This document shows, one piece after another, positions 35,501 to 47,219 of a DNA stretch of 64,000 bases. This stretch comes from Anthoceros angustus. Taxonomy: Eukaryota > Plantae > Anthocerotophyta. The position numbers and the translations under genes are program-made. Position 1 is the first letter of the stretch. Each line of letters begins with the position of its first letter. The DNA lies in contig MU008158.1 of the NCBI GenBank assembly GCA_010909165.1, positions 1,079,478-1,143,477 of the forward strand, given 5' to 3'. The notes under the pieces were generated by a model that ran no database searches, had not been told where the DNA came from, and saw nothing but the letters and a program-made list of their open reading frames with translations.

Positions 35501-38500
35501 TGTTCAACGTGTCCAAGAGGCGATTGTTATCATCATCGATGATCGAGGATATAGTGCCAACTGGGATGTCTGGGTTTAGATTATCGTGGACCGAGGGGCA
35601 GCATACCGTATATGAAGGATCACCGGAAACGCGTGACATAGGCGGTCACTAACGTCATCTACATCTCTCTCTACAGTCAACATCAACTTTACGACATCTC
35701 GTGGAAGTCATCGTGAGGGTGAACCGGAGGGTTATGATCTCTCATCAAAGACAATCGTCGGCATGTGACACTCTACGAGTGGTTGGATCGAACAACTTGT
35801 AGCCATGGATGCCTGCTGTATAGCCTATAAAGATGTGACGCTTAGACTTATAGGCAAACTTGTGACGGAGTTTATCAGGAATGTGTGCATATGCTATGCT
35901 ACCAAAAACTCGAAGGTGTGACAGATCAGGTTTGACTCCCGTCCAAGCTTCGAAAGGTGTACAGCCATGAAGAGAAGAAACAGCAGAACGATTTTGCGTT
36001 GACACTTGCGCTCAAAAATCCGATAGCCTCGACGAGAGAAGAGCTCTAGCGATCCCGAATGGTTCGTGTCTTCTCTCGGCCATTCATGTCCGAGTGGTAT
36101 GGAATTGTGAGTTGTCGAGTAATCCCTCTCGGCAATACTCCCCGAAAAGTCAGTAGATAAATACTCCTTTCCATTATCGTAACGGATACACTTTAATTTG
36201 TAACCGGCCTCTCTCAAGATATGCTGTACCGCTTGAAGTCGTGGAACACATCACTCTTGTGGCGAAGGAGTTACATCACGAAAATGTGACTTGTCATCTT
36301 CAAACACGAAATATCTTGCGCCCTCAAGAGTTCAGACATAGGTCCACATATGTAAGATGAACCAGTCAAGTATTTCGTAGCCTTTCTTGGTTTTCCACTA
36401 CCAAAATGGGATTTGAATTGTTTACCATGCACACAGCCACGCATGATCAATCAATGTCAATAAGTTCCTTCTCACTAAAACCGCCACCATCCTTTCTCGA
36501 AGAAGTCTCCTCATCGCTTGGATATTGGGATGTCCCAGCGTATTTAAATGCATTGCTTGAGGTGCCATTGGTACTAACATCGATCGTTAATCGATGCGGT
36601 GTGGAACGTCAAGCAAAATCTAGCAAATAAAGGTCGAGAGGGTCCTCGAGCAATCACCATCAAGGTCTGCGGCCTAGAAATATGGCATTCAATACCTTGA
36701 ATGTGATTATCTGCTTCTTCCCAAGTGCCATAGTGCTAACCAAGTTCTTTGCAAGTCTTTGGAACATGTAAAGCTCTCCAAAGTAGGTAACTTCCGTCCT
36801 TCAAAGTGATTTGAATGTCTCCCGATCCTTTGATTGGAATGGTTGAGTTATCTCCTAATACCACCACGTATCTGTGGCATGTGGAGATGGCTCATATGTG
36901 ATAAAAGACTTTCTCTTTGAACACATATGATTGGAGGCTCCATCCCAGAACCATTTCACAGCCTTTAGTGGAAGAACCGAGATATGCAACTAGACTGGTG
37001 TAGAAGCCCTAGCGGTGAGCTTCACTTTGTTTACCTTTGCACTCTCATCTCGACTTTCTTCCTACAATCCTGGCGGCTTTCCACAATAATTACAATTCCT
37101 GTGCTTGGAGGTAGAATTAGAATTGGAGGATGGTGACCAAGGTAGAAAGGATGATACAACCCTCTACCCCGCCAAAACCACCCCTACCTCTACCTGCCTA
37201 CCACGCCCCTACCCCTACCAGAGAACAGTATCACTGCTTTATGTGGGGCATAAGAAGCGGAAGAATTACCCTTCATTTGTTTTCTATTCGCTTCAAATTG
37301 CAGAAGCTCCTACAACCTTCGCACGTATTAGAAGTTGTTGGGGCGTACGCGGTGTATAATCATTTATGTTTGAAGGCTTGAGCTAAAGAATTCATAACTT
37401 GATGGAAGTGAAAGTAATAGTAACCGCCGCCTTGATTACGAGATGATTACTCCAGAAGCAAGTCCGCTCTCGCAGCCCTAAACTTAGAGACATGGCTCTC
37501 GACGAGTCACTCTTCATGAAGTGTCTGCATGCAGTGTAGCACAGCCTCTGCTACCATATCCTTTGTATCATGGGTGTCGATAGCAATGACCAAACCTCGC
37601 TTTGAAGTTTGCGTCATTTTTATATGAGGTATCATCTCTTGAGACACGGAAGCCACAAGTATGTTTCTTGCCTTCCGCCTTTTTATGCTTCCATTCTAAC
37701 TCATCCTCTGTATATGTAGGTACCGCATCACTGTGTGAGACGGTCGAGGGCGACCAGCAATTTTTCTTGATCCCCATCGACAACATCCATCAAAAGCTTC
37801 TCATCTAAGATGCAACGCACTCAAGCTCCGTGCATCAAAATTATGAGAGGTCACCGATCCTTCTCCCGTAACTGCACCAAAGCGTCGATTAGAAGACCCC
37901 ATGATGCAGTACAACTTATGACTCAAAGAGGCAGCGACGAGCCAATGCTCCCGAGGTCACTGTCTTGTTCTTGCTTCGCCATTGTCACAAGGTCGAAACC
38001 CGCAATCTCTCAAGTCGATCCTGCCTTGATCAGGGTTATCGACGCGGTGTACTCCAAAAGTGCTCCGCATATTCAAGATGGAATTGAGAATAACATCATG
38101 TTCAAGAACCTTTCTTGGTAATGCGGATCAATTGTGCGTAATTTGATGGAGTTAAATTTGTATCTTGATTCTCGCAGATAGGCCGCCTCACTTGGGGTTG
38201 ATTAAATTGATTCGTAATCCCGCCTTCCATCAGAATTGAGAATTGACAAGAACGAGAGAAAACGTGATCTTTCAATTCTTTCAGCAGTTGTCCTCTCTTG
38301 AAGTATTTCCTCTCAAATGCGACCGAGAGGATCGATTCTTTCCTTATCGGACTGCCGGATTGCCTAAGATGATTTGCGAGGCATCCCGCCTATCCGCACT
38401 AGGGTTTCGGATGTCTTATGCATGTGACAATGGCTAGAGACAAACTAATGAAAGCAAGACACAGCACATTTCGATACCATGTAGCGTTTGAGATATCGAT

Positions 38501-38662
38501 CGACATGCACAAAACTTGCAACATGAGAATGTATATATTTTGGGGAACACATACAACAAGTCCAAGTCTCACAAAACGCATACAACGGAAAACTAACTAA
38601 AGAGTGCCCTAATGACAAACCCTATGTATATTGCAATGAATAAACCATCGTTATTTCTAACA
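32519..38662 (-). mobile_element. Ty1/Copia element B, 6.1 kb, nested in the Copia A integrase; frameshifted
   Basis: LTRs 38479-38662 and 32519-32718 (TGTTAGAAAT...CTACA); PBS TGGTATCGA next to 38478; PPT AGAGGGG; integrase TPFEAWTGVKPDLSHLRVFG; RT NNTWKIV, KWVFKLKYKADGSISKYKA; RNase H WSSKKQTSVSLSSAEA. Confidence 0.92.
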
Positions 38663-41225
38663 AGATAAAGGCTATAAGATCATTCATCCTCAAACCCACA
38701 AGGTGACTCATTCCGCTGATGTCACCTTTCTTGAGGACATGCACCAGCCGGAGCTTCACACTGCAGATAGCGACGACGGACTCCGTGGATTTCTCCGCCC
38801 CGCACCCCGCGCCACAACCACAACCCCAGCTCCCTCCCGCCTCAGCCACCGCTGCCACCCACTCCACCGCACGGCCCCTCACACGCCCCGCGACACACAC
38901 CACAACCAATCCTCTTTGGCGACTTTGACACAGATGAAGCGGCGCTCACTTGGAAGGCCTCGAGCTCCAGCGCCACGGCTCGTAGCGAAGGGGGGGACAG
39001 CAGCAGCTCGACATCCGCTAGAAGAGGACGAAGACCTCCATTACAGCCGCAAGCGCACCTGTGACGCCACGAATCCTAACTGCACAACCGGAGAGCTCGG
39101 TGCGTAACGCCGCCAAGCGACAGCGCGCCCCATAACTGGCGCGCGCGGACAAGACTCCCGCCGCATCGGCTTCCATGGCTGCACTACCGGCGGTCTCCAC
39201 AAAGCGCGCCGCCGATCACTCCAGCGCGTGCGAGGACACCTCAAAGATTTGGGATCGGGATCCGACATCCTCGCACGGCACACCAAAGATCGCGCTGGCA
39301 CTTACTCCGGCTTGACGGTGTCTTCAACGCGACTGACCTTGCTTGCCTCCTCTTCACCAACCGACACCGCCTACCACATAATCGATTTAATATTTATGGG
39401 CCTTATCCCAAGACTCCAAAGGCAAGTAGAAATATATATTGATTTATCTAATTATGATAATCGAGATATTCAACCTACAAACACTTAAGGCAACAACAAC
39501 ACTGGATCTTCATCATGAGAGCACACATGAGGACATTCCACATCAACCTAATACCAACCAGCCTAGACGTAGGCATTCTCGGCTCCAATGCGTAAAATAC
39601 ATAGATATTCCCCTACTAAGGGGATCCTAAGAGCAATATAGCATATTGTCTTAATGCTATAGATCGCTTTATCCCCGCCACTACCAGGAGGCAATCACCT
39701 ACCCACAAAAGGAACACTGGAAGCAAGCAATCAGGTCAGAACTAGAATCCTTAGAAGCTAATAAGACTTGGACTTTAACTACTCTACCTAAGGATAGAAA
39801 GCTAGTAGGTTCTAAGTGGACATTTAAGATTAAGTTAAATGCTGACGGAAGCATAGAAAGGTATAAAGCAAGATTAGTAGCCAAGGGATATTCATAAAAT
39901 ATGGTTTCGACTACGACAAACCTTTAGTCCCTGCTTAAAATAACTTCACTTAGGATCCTCTTAGCCTTAGCATCTCACCATGACTATGAGCTAATGCAAC
40001 TTGATATTAAGACAACTTTTCTATATGGAGATCTCGACCACACTATTTACATGGAGATTCCAAGGGATACATGTGCAGGATAGGAGAAAATACAATGCCT
40101 CGCTATTACTCAAGTCCTTATGTGGACTTAAGCAAAGCGCCATGAAATGGTATTATAAGTTAGATGTTAGCCTTAAGGAGCTAGGGTTCACCAGCTAAAC
40201 TCGATAGCAACATCTATATCAAAAGATCATCAATTCATTGTTTTAGGAGTATATATAGTTCTTATGTCTAACACTAAGGCAATATTAGAAAATACCATCT
40301 ATGCTAGCTAAGCGCTTTCTATGACTACTTGTAGAGAACTTTTCTTTGTTTTAGGCATTCGTGTTCTAAGGGATAGAAATGCTAGAAGTATTCTTATTCA
40401 CCAATCCAAATACATTCAAGAGATCTTAACTAAGTTTAAGATGTTAGACGCTAAACCCATCTCTACACCTATGGAGATGAACCTTAAGCTTAGTAAGGAA
40501 CCGGATCACTGTGGATGACACCTGACACTACTCCTCCTTACTCTTCAGCCGTAGGTAGTCTCATGTACCTCATGGTTTGTACTAGACTTGTCCTACTCAA
40601 TGGGAGCTCTAGCACGCTTTATCCTCCTACTCGAGCTAAGGCGGTTAAGAGAATATTCGATATCCGAGACAACCTCGGACCTAGGGTTGCTCTATCAATC
40701 ACATATCAAGCAAGGAGAACCTTTACAACTTGAAGGTTTTAGCTGATGGAAATGTCGACGATAGAAAGAGCAAGCGCTATCTCTACCTACTAGGAGGCAC
40801 ACAACAAATTGGAGCAAGAGACAGCAGGTGGTCGACTCCCACCAAGCGAGTATTGTTCCTTAACACATGCACGCAAAGACGGACTATGGCAACTCCTTCA
40901 ACTTTCGAGTTAGGGGAGACTGAGAATCCCTAGGCCTCATTGCGACAATCAGGTGCTATCGCACTCACATATAATCCAAAGTTCCACGCCACGAAGCACG
41001 TGGAGATCCAATTCCATTTTATAAGGCAAGTGGTCGATGAAGGCAAGTTCATAGTTCTTTATTGCCCGACGGAACAAATGACGGCCGACGTGCTTACGAA
41101 GGCACTCAGCTCCGTCAAGCATCAAGAACACATGAGAAATATGGGACTAAGAAAAGTCTCAGAAATCAGCTATGGTACTTAGCATAGTTTTATATATAGC
41201 CTAAGGACTAGATGCTAAGTGGGAG

Positions 41226-41443
41226 TGTTAAAGTAGTAGCATCTGCCCTTAGGGCACGTTTCAGTTCTTTAGCAGATTTTAAGAACTCAAGCGTTATAGC
41301 TGAACAGGCATCACCGAACGGTTACAAAAAAAGCAGCGTTTGGGCACAGCCCTGAACGTACATCATGTACACTGCTCCTCATTGCTAATCAATCAATCCA
41401 ATCTGTCTAACACATCCTGTGCCCGGTCCATGTGACCGCAACA
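41226..41443 (+). repeat. Copia A 3' LTR (218 bp)
   Basis: Same termini as the 5' LTR, preceded by the PPT. Confidence 0.95.
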
Positions 41444-42037
41444 CGCAGGCCTATCAAGTTTCAACCACTATTGCCTGTTCCGCAGGCCCTCCTGAAATCC
41501 CCCTCTCCGTCTCCTTCCCTCCTGAAATCCCCTGCCTCCCTCTCCTTCCCTCCCTGAAACCCCTCCTCCTCCTCCTCCTTTCCTCTCCTCTCCTTCCTTC
41601 CTTCCTTCCTTCCTCCCGCCAGCCTGAGAGAGCCGGTGGCTGGGTTGAGCATCCCTCTATTGTTCATCACACTCACAACAGTTGCATAATGATTTCTTTC
41701 TCTTCAATCGTACATCACATAAGACGGTCAGAGTGAAGGCGAACCCAATGGCTCAGCACGATTCATTGGTGAGACGATTGTTACTACATTCGGTAGTCTA
41801 GTTCAGAACAGTCCGTCCCTGCTTTTCTTGTGGGGCATCCCGGTTTCCCTTGTGTACGGCGTTGGGTGGCGAGCACGGGCCAGCTGCCCGGGACCCAGGC
41901 AGATTAATGAGCAAGCTAGCAGGTGGGCAGGGAGCGGGGCATTACACGCGTGATCATACACCCACTCGATCGGCTAACCACCCACAGTGTAGAATTTGTG
42001 GAATGCCTGCTTGTCTGCATGGGTGCTCGATCCCAGC

Positions 42038-42825
42038 TCAGACGTTGGTAACGGGGGGCAGTAATTCCTGCAGCGCAGCCAGCCCAGCGACGCGCTTGGA
42101 GCTGGCGGCCTCGCTCTCCAAGGTGACGCGCCACACGTTTGTGGCGCTCTGCTGCCCCGTGGTGGCGTCCACGGAGGAGGTGACGGTAGCCTGCGTGGCC
42201 GCCCTGGCGCAGCGGAAAGCGCCGGTGCCTCCCAACACGGCCAGCTCGCGCACGTCGATGAGCTTGTTGGAGGTGCCGGCCACGACCAGGCTGCCGCTCA
42301 CGGACTCGGTGTCAAAGGTGAAGGCGATGGTGAGCGTGGAGTTGGAGGTGCCGGGCACCCCGCGGTGTTAAGGCTGTAGCCCTGGCGCGCCCCAGGGGCT
42401 TGGACGCGGTCGGCCCCACGGTGAGCGCGTCGTCGAACACCAGGATCCTCCCAAACTTGTCCCTGCTCGGATCCCCAGCCGCCGATTCCCATTCCGTGGG
42501 CGACTCCCCGCCGATGGTGAGGTGCGCGTAGAACTGGAACTCCAGAACCGGGGCGTCCTCGCAGGTTCCCACCTCCCGCAGGCCCTGCACCCAAAATTCA
42601 ATGTCTCCACATCCATCACTTGCTAATTCATGTCTCCACAGCACAGACAGACAGACAGAGACAGACAGACGGACAGACAGACAGAAAGAGACAGACAGAC
42701 AGAGCCGCAAACTAAAGAGCTACGACGGGAGCGCGCGGTAGCAAAACAAGGAATATTATGCATCGCTCACGTTATGCTGCCAGGGCTCGGAGAGCGCAAA
42801 GGCTGCAGCCATGCTGGCCAGATTC
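42038..42825 (-). CDS. Dirigent protein 3, intron-containing; 5' end unresolved; two apparent G-run deletions near 42360-42390
   Basis: Exon 42584-42038: LEFQFYAHL, KFGRILVFDDALTVGP, GRARG, GSLVVAG, RELAVLGGTGAFRCAR. In-phase upstream exon ends at 42771 (intron 42585-42770). Confidence 0.8.
42643..42703 (+). repeat. Imperfect (GACA)n microsatellite in the dirigent 3 intron
   Basis: About 15 imperfect GACA units. Confidence 0.9.
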
Positions 42826-43642
42826 TGGACCTCGGGTCGTGTGGTGAGTGATCGCAAGGATCCCAGGGCCTGCTGATACGTCCGGTCGGCGGAAAGGCAC
42901 GAATTGGAAGCTACTGTTAGTAGTGGATGTTGGAACTACAGCTTCTGCTACTCCAGATCCTTATACATCACTCCCATCGGCAAGCTGAGACAGTGCCGGG
43001 CACCGCAGAGTGTCCATCATTAAGCATGTGGCAAGGCGCATTTTGCACTGCACAATCTGGTGAACGATCTTCTCGGCTGATGAAGTTGCAGGCAACTGCG
43101 AGACATGCCATGAGTCAAAGGCTCGTCAGATGCCTTCGTCATGAATGCACGGTGTCTTTGGTACCGGGTCGGCACACCCAAATCCACACGTCTCTACTAT
43201 ATTCGGCTATCACAGCTTCTAATGGTTTAGGCATAAATATTTTACTGTATCCAGATTTTACTATTCACTGAGAAACGATGGCGAGCTTGCCGTGCAGGTG
43301 CAGGTCTTGCCTTTCGGATTTGTGGTGCGCGTGCGGCTGGGATTTGGGCCATGCCCGACTTGGCTCATGGGCGGCCCTGGTTCACGGTGGTGGAGGCTCG
43401 GAAGCATCCCTGTAGTTATCCTATTTCAGGGCATGGGAGACTGGGTCAGGCTGTGAAGATCAAGTCTCAACGGCGTTGCGATAACACTAGAGAATACTTC
43501 AAGACACAGTGAAAACAAAAGGTGGAAGAGTTGTGGTGGAGAGGAAGAACGTCACCATGTCGGTTTAGAGTGATACAAAGCAAGCTTTGTATGTGTAAGC
43601 AATGCTGTTCTCTACGTTCTTTCTTCTATGAAGTCCTGTCCA

Positions 43643-44534
43643 TTATCGGAGAAGAAGTTCAGACAAACCGAGCCTGAGACGGTCAGTGTCCAGACTGTCC
43701 CGCTGGAGCACGATGGTCCATTTTGTTGGTGGACGAGAATTCACCAGCCGAATTGGAGGAAGAAGATATTGGGCTTTGAATGGCGACGCCCTGGGCTAAC
43801 CGAAAATCTTCCGTGCCTGCCAAAATCGCCACCTCTCGATCAGGCTGCACCTTGTTGGTGGTGCCCCAACGATGAGACTGCCCTTCACATCGCCAGTATT
43901 GATCATGAAGGTTAAGAAGAGGAAGAGTTGTTGCCAGTGGCTTCATCTGTGTTGACGGCGATGCCTCTGGCACGCCCGATGGGTGTGGAGGCCGGTTCTG
44001 GGCCGGCTGTAATCACGTCGTCCACAGCAAGGATGGTCCCAAACCTGAAGCTGCTGAGATCGCCTCCCGGTGCAGCCACAGGTACCTCAGAGGCACCTGA
44101 TCCCCGATCTGCAGGTGTACATAGAACTTGAAGGAGAGTGCATCTTTGTGCTGTCCAGAGCCGACCTGGAAAACACCACTTCAACATCAACATGTGTGTA
44201 TGTGGCTGTTGCAACAGGAGGCTATCCTCCTCAACTCTGGCAGATACACAGGACAGGCCTCTCACCTGGAAAGCACTGCACTTTGGTCGACAGCACTGGC
44301 AATATCGGCGATGAGGGCAGTGCTCTGCACAGAAAAATTCCTGCATTAGCACATTCTGTCAAGGGAAGAGAACACTTGTAACCAAGCTTTTGCAATTGAC
44401 CTCCAGTGATGGGGAGCCGGTAGTTCCCTACATACGTGGGCATGTTCTGCTGATGCAGATGGCGGAGACGACAAGATAGTGACTCCTGCTAGTGCAACGG
44501 CAGCCCGAGATAAGCTTGTCAGAGTTGATGTCAT
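43643..44534 (-). CDS. Dirigent protein 4, intron-containing, several apparent 1-bp indels; start codon tentative
   Basis: LSFKFYVHL, FGTILAVDDVITAGP, GRARG, SLFLTFMI, REVAILAGTEDFRLAQG, TNKWTIVL across frameshifts. Hydrophobic first exon MTSTLTSLSRAAVALAGVTILSSPPSASAEHAH ends at a GTATGT donor (44435). Confidence 0.78.
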
Positions 44535-45725
44535 GAAGTCTGGTCCAGCGGATGAACCAGGTCTTGGAGCAGCGGGAGAATGCTGGAGCTGATCACGAGA
44601 ACCGAACTCAGACTTTGGATACATTCCACATCCTGCTTCTGTCCTGACATGTTCCCCGCATCCCTGGCCTGCATTTTGTGGTGAAGAGCCGATATCAAAG
44701 GCAATGAACTTGAAAACCGATGCCCAGCAAGCATCCATAACACATAAGATGCCAGCCACGTGACAAGAAGATAGGAGATGCCTGTTATCTGGCACGAGGA
44801 GCTTCCCACCGCTCTCAGCTCAACAACGTTGCGAGTCCCTGAAGATACTGCAAGAACCATCGTAGAGCGGGAAGAAGGTGGACGAAGGAGTGCTCCTGTG
44901 AAGGGATTGGAAATCCCCATGCCTTGTGTCAGTGGAGCGAAAGTGGAGGTATCCATCTGCATTGTCCACTTTCGCCAACTCTCCAGCCGAAGGGTACGCC
45001 GTTCCTAGCACAGGGCAATCTTGGCCATCCCGTAGAAACCACAATACTCCTGGGAAGGACACAATAGTGAGCAATCATTCGGCAGTGCTTGTCAAAACAG
45101 CATGCCTAAGGAAACCCTGCCTGCATGTTGGGGCATCATAGTCAGGCTTCAGAAGGCGTCACGGCTCAAGATTCTAGGTGGCTCACCCGATACCCGAGGC
45201 CGGCTGCTGGCACACGGACACCGATGTTACAGCTGACCGCCCATATCCGCAACCTCGCTGAAAACATGACTCCACAGATCCTTCAATCTCTTGCCTGTTT
45301 TGCTTTTTTATACGTTCTGTGCTGTAGACTGCACACCGATGGTCCCTTGCAACTGCAAACGTGGGATACGTGTTGGATGCTCGGTTTGCCAAGTGGATGC
45401 TGGCAGCTGAAATCTACATACAATGCTTTCACAGCTAGATTCCAGGCAGCCCACCAGATATTTCTTTTGTTGCTAGGGCGTGCACGCTTGTGACTCCCAT
45501 GTTGTCCATGCCTGAACTCTTTGTGATTTGATGGTGTATGTTTTAAGAGCTTCACGGCTCCAGGGTGATGGGGTGATGGAGCCACTGGAAAGAAGTTAAG
45601 CTGCCAAACCCGTTTATAGGGTGTCCCCGGCCAGACTGAAGGTTATGATAAACGCACAATCGCAGTCACGCAGGCGAAGATATTACGCGGATGGGGACTT
45701 CAAGCGCTCACGATGTGGCGCTGCC

Positions 45726-46074
45726 ATGGAGTCGTTATCAGAAGAGGTGCGGGAGCTCTCTCGGCACTTCCGGAGAGGTGGAACGTGTGAGAGGTCCTCT
45801 ACCTCCCTGCAGTTTCTCAGGGATTATGTGATGCCTGGTAAGCCATGCATCATCACTGACGCGATTGATCACTGGCCCGCTCTCCGATGCTGGTCCAACG
45901 AGTACCTCTCTGCTGTGCTGAGACACCAGACTGTGAGCGTGCACTTCACACCTGATGGGCGGGCGGATGCTGTGGCGGATCCTGCCATCTTGCAACGACT
46001 GTATGGCTGCACGCTGGCTTCACTGGGTCCTGAGTCTGGTGAGGATGGCTTATTGGTGACGCTTGCCCTGGGTG
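45726..46074 (+). pseudogene. JMJD7: 5' fragment of JMJD7/JMJ32, inverted duplicate of the gene at the window end, cut at 46074
   Basis: MESLSEEVREL ... [32 protein letters not shown] ... VSVHFTPDGRADAV; 45868-46074 matches the reverse complement of 63798-64000 almost exactly. Confidence 0.88.
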
Positions 46075-47219
46075 ACACAAGGGTAAAGGGATCATCTTGA
46101 ACTCGTAGAAGGATAACAAGATCTAGGGTTCACTATGTGCATTCCAATTGTCCTTCTTCTTCCTTGGATATCGGTGATAATAGGACTTTACCCGAACCCT
46201 AGACCTCAAGCTAGCATATTCCATGCGAATCCGCCCAAGGTTACTTTAACCAAACCCTAACCCTCATCCGACATATTCAACTCGATTTTGAAGGCCAAGG
46301 TTAATTTGACCCAAACCCTAATCCTCGGCCACACTTCTCCTCGGCCATATGTGGGAATAGTGCAGAAAATTTTAAAGGTTGACTTTGGGTTGTCATCAAG
46401 CTAATTTTTAAAGGTTAAGTGGTTCAAACTAGTTTATGAGGATGCAAATGATCACAAAAAGGGATTGAAGAAGGACAATTCGGAATGCACATAGTGAACC
46501 CTAGATCTTGTTATCCTTCTACGAGTTCAAGATGATCCCTTTACCCTTGTGTCACCCAAACTAATTCAAACTTTTTGTATGACAATAAAGTGGTTGTCGG
46601 GACGCTGCGTGGAAAACGCGTTGTCTTTGAAGAAAATATGGATGCATAGGGATGTGGATGCATATGGAGGATTTTTCAGCATGTCCCGCTTGTTCTCGTT
46701 TAGGGTCGGCCTAGCCCAAGCCAGAATCGATGTACACCGGTTACCTCTACTTTTTCTTTTTAGGGTAAAAGATGTGGGTTATCATCAAAACCCATTCTAA
46801 ATTAGTGCTGTTATGCGACGGTGTCTAGTCGTAAAGGGTCTTGTTGAAAACCCTACGGTGTGTAGTAAACTATGGGATGTTGTAAAATACCATTGGCATG
46901 TTGTAAAAGAACCCGTTGTAATGGAGAAAGTCACAAATTGATGGCCCGTAGTAAACAAACATGCCATCGTTGTAAGCGTCCATAAGCTCTTGTAAGTAAC
47001 AAGTGCCCGTAGTAAAATCCATTTTGTTTTGCCACGTCTGCGCCTTTGGCAAAACAAGCCTATAATAAAGTTGGAATGAGGTTTAGTAAATTCGGCTATA
47101 CTTGAAAATAATACATGGACTTGAAGCGGTGCCTTCAATTGGCGTAGTAAAATGGGCGATCGTGGTAAAATGCACCCTGTTGTAAAGCGCAATTAGTAAG
47201 TATACTTTTCCTAGTAGTG
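46069..47219. mobile_element. Right arm of a second copy of the 28214-31665 CACTA, preceded by a 91-bp inverted piece of itself
   Basis: 46152-47219 aligns to 30590-31665 and ends in TTTTCCTAGTAGTG with a different flank (TGGTTC). 46069-46159 is the reverse complement of about 46467-46558. Confidence 0.88.

Larger units (their letters stand above)
26205..41443 (+). mobile_element. Ty1/Copia element A, interrupted by a CACTA (28214-31665) and Copia B (32519-38662)
   Basis: 5' LTR, PBS TGGTATCAGAGC (tRNA-iMet) at 26416; gag from about 27032 (KFDGQQHNFPTWKFRI); protease region YIDSxASQHMT; integrase 31990-32515 (SDGGGEY, TPYEAWTG, LRVFG) resuming at 38665 (KGYKI); RT from about 39700 ([25 protein letters not shown]); RNase H (TKHVEIQFHFIR, MTADVLTKAL); PPT AAGTGGGAG; 3' LTR. 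Confidence 0.92.
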
